A stretch of 60,198 nucleotides of DNA, counting the filler. It is 6 parts of 6 records of this genome, joined end to end, with 100 filler letters (N's around TTAATTAATTAA, not from the genome) between each part and the next. Parts side by side here need not be neighbours in the genome. Positions count along the whole stretch, not along the records: positions 50,897 to 60,198 come from SRR2962707_451; 5 more parts are not named here. The stretch is one strand, 5' to 3'. Below, piece by piece: positions 53,974 through 60,198 of this stretch. How positions within the stretch are numbered: position 1 is the stretch's first letter; every line of letters starts with the position of its first letter. The notes under the pieces are model-generated. The model was given only the letters and a program-made list of their open reading frames with translations, was not told the origin of the DNA and made no database searches. The position numbers and the translations under genes are program-made.

Positions 53974-55143
53974 ATGGATTTCCGGTTCAGCGAAGACCAG
54001 CAGGCGATCAAGGATGCCGTTCAGCGCATCTGCGCCAAGTATGACGATGCCTATTGGCTACGCCACGACACGGAAGGCGGCTTCCCGGAGGACTTCGTGA
54101 GCGATATCGCGGGCGGCGGCTGGCTCGGCGTCGCGATGCCGGAAGCCTATGGCGGTTCGGGGCTCGGCGTCACGGAAGCGGCCATCGTTGCACAGACAAT
54201 CGCGGAATCGGGCGCGTGCCTTTCGGGCGCGTCGGCCATTCATATCAATCTCTTCGGGCCCATGCCGCTCGTCGTCTTCGGGAGCGACGAACAGAAGGAG
54301 CGGAACCTGCCGCCGCTCATCCGGGGCGAGGACCGCTGCTGCTTCGGTGTGACGGAGCCCGATGCGGGGCTCAACACCACCGCGATTTCCACCAAGGCCG
54401 AATGGGACGGCAAGGCTTACGTGGTTCACGGGCGGAAGATGTGGACATCGACAGCGCAGACGGCAAACAAGATTTTGCTGCTCGCGCGGACGACGCCGAA
54501 GGAAAAATGCGCGAAGGCGACGGAAGGATTGTCGCTTTTCTATACCGATCTCGACCGCGGCGGCGCGACGGAAGTGCGCGAGATCGAGAAGATGGGGCGC
54601 AAGGCTGTGGATTCGAACGCGGTGTTCTTCGACGGTTTGCGCGTGCCGAAGGCCGATTTGATCGGCGAGGAGGGGAAAGGGTTTCACTATCTTCTCCACG
54701 GGCTCAACCCGGAGCGCGTGCTGATCGGCGCGGAGGCGGTCGGCGTCGGGCGGATCGCGCTGAAGAAGGCGACGGACTATGCGCGCGACCGTGAAGTATT
54801 CGGGCGGCCCATCGGCAAGAACCAGGCGATCCAGCATCCGCTCGCGAAATGCTGGGCGGAGCTCGAGGCGGCGAACCTGATGGTGTTCAAGGCGGCGGCG
54901 CTCTACGACGCGGGCGAGAATTGCGGCGCGGAGGCGAATGCGGGGAAGTATCTCGCGGCAGAGGCGGGTTTCCGGGCCTGCGAGACCGCGATCATGACGC
55001 ATGGTGGCATGGGCTATGCCAAGGAATTCCACGTCGAGCGCTATATGCGTGAGGTGATGATCGCCCGGATCGCGCCGGTCAGCCGCGAACTGATCCTGAG
55101 TTTCATCGCCGAGCGGGTGCTCAGCCTGCCGAAGTCGTATTGA
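53974..55143 (+). CDS. Acyl-CoA dehydrogenase
   Basis: TEPDAG, GRKMWTS, LNPER, FGRPIGKNQAIQH, HGGMGY. Confidence 0.95.
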   Translation: MDFRFSEDQQAIKDAVQRICAKYDDAYWLRHDTEGGFPEDFVSDIAGGGWLGVAMPEAYGGSGLGVTEAAIVAQTIAESGACLSGASAIHINLFGPMPLVVFGSDEQKERNLPPLIRGEDRCCFGVTEPDAGLNTTAISTKAEWDGKAYVVHGRKMWTSTAQTANKILLLARTTPKEKCAKATEGLSLFYTDLDRGGATEVREIEKMGRKAVDSNAVFFDGLRVPKADLIGEEGKGFHYLLHGLNPERVLIGAEAVGVGRIALKKATDYARDREVFGRPIGKNQAIQHPLAKCWAELEAANLMVFKAAALYDAGENCGAEANAGKYLAAEAGFRACETAIMTHGGMGYAKEFHVERYMREVMIARIAPVSRELILSFIAERVLSLPKSY

Positions 55144-55151
55144 GGCGTCAA

Positions 55152-55559
55152 ATGAGTTTTGAACTTCACGAGCGGTTGGCCGCCGACACGTTTCTGGTCG
55201 CGGATCTGCCGGTTTGCCGTGTGCTGCTGATGGACGACCGGCGGTTTCCGTGGCTGATTCTCGTGCCGCGGCGCGAGGGGCTGAGGGATTTCGACGATGT
55301 GGGGGCGGCGGAGAAGCCGAACTTTCATGCGGAAATCGACCTCGCTTCGGATGTACTGCGGGAGGCGACGGGCGCGGAGAAGATGAATGTGGCGGCGCTT
55401 GGCAACATGGTGCCGCAGCTTCATGTGCATGTGATCGCCCGGTTTTCCGCCGATGCGGCGTGGCCGGCCCCGGTCTGGGGGAAGGGTGAGGCCGTGCCTT
55501 ATGACGAGGTGGCGGCGAGGGATTTCGTGCGGAAGCTGGCGGTGGCTCTGCACGGTTAA
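55152..55559 (+). CDS. HIT family protein
   Basis: GNMVPQLHVHVIAR, DAAWPAPVWG. Confidence 0.9.
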   Translation: MSFELHERLAADTFLVADLPVCRVLLMDDRRFPWLILVPRREGLRDFDDVGAAEKPNFHAEIDLASDVLREATGAEKMNVAALGNMVPQLHVHVIARFSADAAWPAPVWGKGEAVPYDEVAARDFVRKLAVALHG

Positions 55560-55576
55560 CGATTGGTTTAAGACTC
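55555..55576. promoter_or_regulatory. Candidate CtrA box with adjacent GANTC site
   Basis: Reverse strand TAAA-N7-TTAAC (one mismatch to TTAA-N7-TTAAC); GACTC at 55572-55576; about 45 nt upstream of the response regulator. Confidence 0.55.
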
Positions 55577-55616
55577 AGCGCCTAGTGTCCCACCTGAAGA
55601 CGGGCCCATTGCCCGC

Positions 55617-56099
55617 ATGTCAGGAAACGGACCCTTGGCCACCGCGCTTATCGCCGATATTTCCGATGCTTCCCGCCGGGCCGCGAGCCATCTGCTCGAA
55701 CGGCTGGGCTACCGCGTCGCGACCGCCTCGGCGGCTGAAGAAGCGCTGGCGCTGATTGCGGGGACCGCGCCCGATCTCGTGTTGGCGGATGCGCGGATCG
55801 AGACCGCGAATGGAGACCTTCTCCCGGTGGCGATCCGCAAGCTTACCGGCGGCAAGGATATCTGCCTTTTCCACGTGACGGCCGATGCCGGGGCCTCTTC
55901 GATCCGCAGGGCGATAGATGCCGGGGCGGACGACTACCTCGTGAAGCCCTATGACGAAGCGCTGCTGCGCTTCAAGCTCATGCAGGCTCGCACGCGCGGA
56001 CGGCTCGATGCCGGACGGCCGGCGCTGAAGGTCGTGCAGGACAATTCTAGCACCGGCGTGACGTCGTGGCGCTTCGGGCTTTACGGCAAGGCCGTCTGA
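55617..56099 (+). CDS. Single-domain CheY-like response regulator with C-terminal extension
   Basis: PDLVLAD, VTA, GADDYLVKPY. Confidence 0.8.
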   Translation: MSGNGPLATALIADISDASRRAASHLLERLGYRVATASAAEEALALIAGTAPDLVLADARIETANGDLLPVAIRKLTGGKDICLFHVTADAGASSIRRAIDAGADDYLVKPYDEALLRFKLMQARTRGRLDAGRPALKVVQDNSSTGVTSWRFGLYGKAV

Positions 56100-56321
56100 C
56101 CTTCGAGCCCTTCTACGCCTGTGGACAAGCCGATTTGCCGCTGCGCGCGGAACGGCCTCGACGACACTCCTCAGATTTTGAATCCGCTTTCTCAGGCTTC
56201 GGCTCAAGGGTCTGAGATTTCGATTCAGCGACTTCAGAGATTGAATCACCAGGCAGGGTGCTGCGGTCTGCTTTCCTGACGATTTGAATCCGGTAGTTCC
56301 GCTAACCCGTTGGTCCGGAAT

Positions 56322-57740
56322 CTATTTTTCGTGTTCCGCGCTCCAGCGTTTCAGGTAGTCGAGGCTTCCAATATAGGGCTTGAGGCCGAGCAAGCCGGCC
56401 GTGATGGCGAGGGTCAAAACGATCGCCGGTACGATGGCGAGCGAGTAGCGCAGCATCATTTCATCGCCATAGACATAGTCCGTGACCAGCGCGATCGAGG
56501 TAGGCCCGAGGCCGAGGCCGATGATCGTGACCACGAAGATCAGGATAGCGGAAGCGAAGCCACGCATCTGGTTCGGCATCAGCTCCTGGAGCGCGGAAGG
56601 GCCGGCGCCGGTGGTGAAAGTGGCAAAAAAGGTAGAGGGACAGAGCAGCAGGAGTGCGATCCAGGGGTCGTCGATGAGCGGGTAGGCGATGGTGAAGGGG
56701 AATGCGGCAAGACCGGTGAAGGCGCAGACCATCATGCGGCCGTTGCGGATGCCCTTGCCTGTCAGATAGTCGCCCGCCCAGCCGCCGGCGATGACGCCAC
56801 TGGTGCCGAAGATCACGATGATGATGCCGTACCAGAAGCCCGCCTCCGGATAGGTCCAGCCATGGGTGCGAACGAAAAGGGTCGGTATCCACGCGGCGAC
56901 GCCGTAGGCCATCATGGCCGAGAGGGCGTAGCAGAAATTGAGCGGCACAATGGTGCGCCAATTTTTTCCCATATATCCAAAGACTTCGGAGACCGGCACC
57001 TCGACGCGGCGGGAGACGCCATCGGCGCCGGTTTCCTGCCGGACGTGACCGCGGCGGACGGGCTCGCGAAGGGTCCAGATCCAGAGGGCGACCAGGATGC
57101 CGGGTAGGCCGACGACGAGGAAAGTGATCTGCCAGGCGTAGATTTCGCCGATCAGGGGCAGAGTGATGCTGCCGCCTTCGGAGACGAGGGCGATAACGGC
57201 GGCGCCGATGATGAGGGCGAGGCCGGCGCCGATATAGACACCCATGCCATAGACACCGAGCGCAAAACCCAAGCGTTTCGGCGGAAAATAGTCCGCGATG
57301 ATGGAATAGGCGGCAGGTGAGAGCGCGGCCTCGCCGACGCCGACGCCGGCGCGGAAGAAGAAAAGCATCAGGAAGGAGCGGGCGGTACCGCAAAGCGCGG
57401 TCATCAGGCTCCAGATGAAGACGCCGAGCGCGATGATGTTGACTCGGTGGTAGCGGTCCACCAGACGGCCGATGGGGAGGCCAGCGACGCAATAAAAGGC
57501 AGCAAAAGCAAAGCCTTGCAGCAGGCTCATCTGCGTATCGGAGATCGCCAGGTCGCGCTTAATGGGGCCGACGAGAAGGCTCAGGATCTGCCGGTCGATG
57601 AAGGAAAAAGTGTAGGCGAGGACCAAGATGCCGACCACGTACCAGGCGTAAATCTGGCTGGGATAAGGCTTTTCCGCTGCGCCCTTATGCGGATGATGCA
57701 GTTCTTCCTCGACTTCCGAGGCGACCTCGACTTCGGACAT
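56322..57740 (-). CDS. MFS transporter (spinster-like)
   Basis: SFIDRQIL, GVGEA, SIIADYFPP, about 12 TMs; RBS GGGAGGGAG before ATG 57740. Confidence 0.92.
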   Translation of the reverse strand: MSEVEVASEVEEELHHPHKGAAEKPYPSQIYAWYVVGILVLAYTFSFIDRQILSLLVGPIKRDLAISDTQMSLLQGFAFAAFYCVAGLPIGRLVDRYHRVNIIALGVFIWSLMTALCGTARSFLMLFFFRAGVGVGEAALSPAAYSIIADYFPPKRLGFALGVYGMGVYIGAGLALIIGAAVIALVSEGGSITLPLIGEIYAWQITFLVVGLPGILVALWIWTLREPVRRGHVRQETGADGVSRRVEVPVSEVFGYMGKNWRTIVPLNFCYALSAMMAYGVAAWIPTLFVRTHGWTYPEAGFWYGIIIVIFGTSGVIAGGWAGDYLTGKGIRNGRMMVCAFTGLAAFPFTIAYPLIDDPWIALLLLCPSTFFATFTTGAGPSALQELMPNQMRGFASAILIFVVTIIGLGLGPTSIALVTDYVYGDEMMLRYSLAIVPAIVLTLAITAGLLGLKPYIGSLDYLKRWSAEHEK

Positions 57741-57900
57741 GCTCCCTCCCTGTTGCGAAGCTTTGCTCCGCGCTTTTTCACAGCTTAACGCGAACGCGCG
57801 GAAATGCTCCCCAAAAACGCGGTGTTTCCGCGTGGTGGAACGGCTTTCGGTCTGGCACGGGGCTTGCGAACTCATGGGCAACCGAAAAGGAAACGGCCCC

Positions 57901-58899
57901 ATGAGCCTTGTCGAAAACATTGCCGTACAGCCGACGATCGCCTCCGCGCTGCAGGCCGCGAGCCAGCGCACAGGGACCGATTTCGACTATCTGCTGAAGA
58001 CGGCGATGCGCGAGTCGAGCCTCGATTACGCAGCCAAATCAAGTACTTCGAGCGCAACGGGTCTGTTTCAGTTTACCGAGCAGAGCTGGCTCGGGACGAT
58101 GAAGCAGCACGGCGCGGCACTCGGTCTCGGCGAGCAGGCGGCGGCGATCAGCCAGAACGGGCGGGGCCGCTATGTGGTGGAAAATGCTGCCGAAAGGGCG
58201 GAAATTCTTGCCCTGCGCAACGATCCGCATGTGTCGGCGCTGATGGCGGGGGCTTACACGCAGGACAGCGCCGATGCGCTGGAAAACCGGCTTGGACGCG
58301 AGGCGGATGAGGGCGAACTCTATATCGCGCATTTCCTTGGGGCGGGCGGCGCGTCGAAGCTGATCTCGGCTGCGGAAGACACGCCAAGTGCCCGTGCCGA
58401 CTTGCTTTTCCCGGCGGCGGCGGCGGCGAACAAGTCGATCTTCTATGGTAAGAACGGAGAGGCGCGGAGCGCGGACGAGGTCTACCGGAATCTCGTTGCC
58501 AAGCATGAGGGAACGGACGCCACGCGGATCGCGGAACTGGCGCAGAATGCCCGTCTGTCATCGAACCGTCACGAAACTGTCACAAACAGATCGGGCGTGC
58601 TCACCGATCTCGCGGGCGGGGATAACCGCCGGAGCTATGCGACGCGGGGCGCATCGCTTCCGTCTACCGGGGCGTCTACCGGAACGGCTACGAATTCGCA
58701 GACGACGAGTTACGGGCGCTCACCGCTCAAACTTACTCCCGGCGTGGTCGAAATTCTCGCCTCGCTCGACCCGATTCCTGAAGGCAGCGAGACGCTTCGC
58801 ACGGAGCGTAACGATGCTCGCGAGGCTGCAGAGGAACGCCGCGAGGCGCATCGCGAACGCGCGGGGCTGTTGCCGCATTCCGGCTTTGCCTATAGCTGA
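57901..58899 (+). CDS. Lytic transglycosylase SLT-domain protein
   Basis: YLLKTAMRESS, SSATGLFQF, LYIAHFLG. Confidence 0.88.
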   Translation: MSLVENIAVQPTIASALQAASQRTGTDFDYLLKTAMRESSLDYAAKSSTSSATGLFQFTEQSWLGTMKQHGAALGLGEQAAAISQNGRGRYVVENAAERAEILALRNDPHVSALMAGAYTQDSADALENRLGREADEGELYIAHFLGAGGASKLISAAEDTPSARADLLFPAAAAANKSIFYGKNGEARSADEVYRNLVAKHEGTDATRIAELAQNARLSSNRHETVTNRSGVLTDLAGGDNRRSYATRGASLPSTGASTGTATNSQTTSYGRSPLKLTPGVVEILASLDPIPEGSETLRTERNDAREAAEERREAHRERAGLLPHSGFAYS

Positions 58900-58901
58900 G
58901 C

Positions 58902-59339
58902 CTAGGCCGTAAGCGCGAGGAGACGGCGCAAAGGCGCCGGACGCGCGACGAGATCGGCGAGGGTTGCTTCATCGAGAACGGCGAGCCAGGCGTCGAGGGC
59001 GTCGCCGAGCAGGCCCTTCAGGCGGCAGGCAGGCGAGATGCGGCAGGTGTTCGCCGCCGGGTCGAAGCATTCGACAATCCTGAAATCTTCTTCCATGACG
59101 CGGACGACATCGCCGACGACGATGTCTTGCGGTGCGCGCGCGAGGCGAAGACCGCCGCCGCGGCCGCGCAGGGTTTCGATGAAACCCGCCTGTCCCAACC
59201 CATGCGCGACCTTGACCAGATGATTGCGGGAGATGGCGAAAGCCTCCGCGACTTCCGAGATGGTGGCGAGCCGGTCCGGCGTTACGGCGAGATGCATGAG
59301 CAGGCGGAGCGCGTAGTCAGTGTGGAGCGTGAGGCGCAT
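58902..59339 (-). CDS. nsrR: Rrf2 family NO-responsive repressor (NsrR-like)
   Basis: MRLTLHTDYALR, SRNHLVKV, GRGGG, three Cys (VECF...C.I...C). Confidence 0.8.
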   Translation of the reverse strand: MRLTLHTDYALRLLMHLAVTPDRLATISEVAEAFAISRNHLVKVAHGLGQAGFIETLRGRGGGLRLARAPQDIVVGDVVRVMEEDFRIVECFDPAANTCRISPACRLKGLLGDALDAWLAVLDEATLADLVARPAPLRRLLALTA

Positions 59340-59397
59340 GACGGAAATTTCCCGATGACCGACGAAATGCCGCATGGCGGCGGCGCGGTCAGGCTAT

Positions 59398-59420
59398 AAG
59401 ATATATCTTGAATACATCTT
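59398..59420. promoter_or_regulatory. NsrR-type operator (11-1-11 inverted repeat)
   Basis: AAGATATATCT-T-GAATACATCTT resembles the NsrR consensus AAGATGCATTTnAAATGCATCTT; lies between divergent rrf2 and globin genes. Confidence 0.8.
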
Positions 59421-59436
59421 AAGGGAGTGCGCCACA

Positions 59437-59901
59437 ATGGACAATCGGGACGGAACGGCAGCGGAGAACGCGCAAGGCCGCTGGTGCATGGAAGCGGATG
59501 CGGGGCCGGGTGTCACAAGCGAAGCGGAGATCGAGACGCTGGTGCGCGCCTTCTATACGAAGGTGCGGGCGGACGCGGAACTCGGACCGATTTTCGACCG
59601 GGTGATCGGCGACAACTGGGAGCCGCATCTGCACAAGATGTTCGGCTTCTGGTCGAGCGTGATGCTGACCACCGGGCGCTACAAGGGCCAGCCGATGCGC
59701 GCGCATCTGAAACTCAAGACGGTGACGCCCGAGCATTTCAACCGCTGGCTGACGCTGTTCCGCGAGACGGCGGAAGAAATCTGCGCGCCGGAGACGGCCG
59801 AGCGTTTCGTCGAGAAGGCGGCGCGGATCGCCGAGAGCCTGCAACTCGGCATGTTCTTCAAGCCTGCGCTGCACGATCCGGAGCGGCGTGAAAGCAGATG
59901 A
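59437..59901 (+). CDS. Group III truncated hemoglobin (trHbP)
   Basis: LVRAFYTKVRAD..LGPIF, WEPHL..M..FWSS, GRYKGQPM.AH, HF.RWL.LF. Confidence 0.9.
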   Translation: MDNRDGTAAENAQGRWCMEADAGPGVTSEAEIETLVRAFYTKVRADAELGPIFDRVIGDNWEPHLHKMFGFWSSVMLTTGRYKGQPMRAHLKLKTVTPEHFNRWLTLFRETAEEICAPETAERFVEKAARIAESLQLGMFFKPALHDPERRESR

Positions 59902-59949
59902 GCGGAGCCGGGCGCTTTCGGCCCGGCTGCCACGTTTTTTCGGCTGAGC

Positions 59950-60198
59950 CTAGTCGGCCGCCTTGCCCACCTTGTCGAAGTCGCCTGCGTCGTGGCGCTC
60001 GGGGAGCTGGGTTTCCGGCTCGCCCCAGACGCGATTGACCATGCGGCCCCGCTTTACCGCCGGACGTTCGGCAATCTGATCCGTCCAGCGAATGACGTTT
60101 TTGTAGTCCTTCACGCTCAGGAACTCGCCCGCTTCATAGATCACGCCCTTGGCGAGAGAGCCGTACCAGGGCCAGATCGCCATGTCGGCGATGGTGTA
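59950..60198 (-). CDS. yghU: Glutathione-dependent disulfide oxidoreductase (YghU-like GST), 3' part
   Basis: YTIADMAIWPWYG, RPAVKRGRMVNR, ERHDAGDF; truncated at the window end. Confidence 0.85.
   Translation of the reverse strand, partial: YTIADMAIWPWYGSLAKGVIYEAGEFLSVKDYKNVIRWTDQIAERPAVKRGRMVNRVWGEPETQLPERHDAGDFDKVGKAAD

Noticed and set aside
51163-57492. Long overlapping or antisense ORFs (e.g. 51163-52173, 54058-55032, 55620-56249, 56461-57492)
   Set aside because: Shadow ORFs of GC-rich genes with no recognisable motifs; another frame carries a clear family signature.

Overview
The window is not one genomic locus. It is a concatenation of six contigs joined by artificial 100-nt spacers (N44-TTAATTAATTAA-N44) at 20462-20561, 31796-31895, 37298-37397, 44855-44954 and 50797-50896. 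(1) 1-20461, AT-rich Flavobacteriaceae-like: tRNA 3' end, an outer-membrane protein cassette (one gene frameshifted), cbpA/cbpM, a molybdenum-cofactor cluster (moaD-moaA-moaC-mobA-moeB-tauE-moeA-xdhC-mocA, no moaE), sugar porter plus HAD phosphatase, and an arsenosugar-type cluster (CMD/AhpD-like, ArsS radical SAM, DUF2064-type transferase, purine nucleoside phosphorylase, ArsM, sterol-desaturase family). (2) 20562-31795, eukaryotic (protist-like): one giant spliced gene (>=3373 aa) with three tandem bacterial-like glycoside-hydrolase-type modules, EGF and TSP1 repeats and a TM anchor. (3) 31896-37297, Rhizobiales-like alphaproteobacterium: epimerase, LysR, ECF sigma plus membrane partner, DAGK, DUF2177, aspartate aminotransferase. 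(4) 37398-44854, eukaryotic: a 7-exon secreted beta-helix protein and a spliced PhnD-like/TPR fusion. (5) 44955-50796, Marinobacter-like: patatin, exeA-exeB-dinG. (6) 50897-60198, Parvibaculum-like alphaproteobacterium: acyl-CoA catabolic genes, a CheY-like regulator with a CtrA-like box, MFS, SLT, and NsrR-like Rrf2 with a group III truncated hemoglobin and a clear operator. The strongest leads are the arsenosugar cluster with its candidate downstream enzymes and the bacterial-like domain architectures in the eukaryotic genes. Taxonomic and family calls come from motif recognition only; no searches were run.
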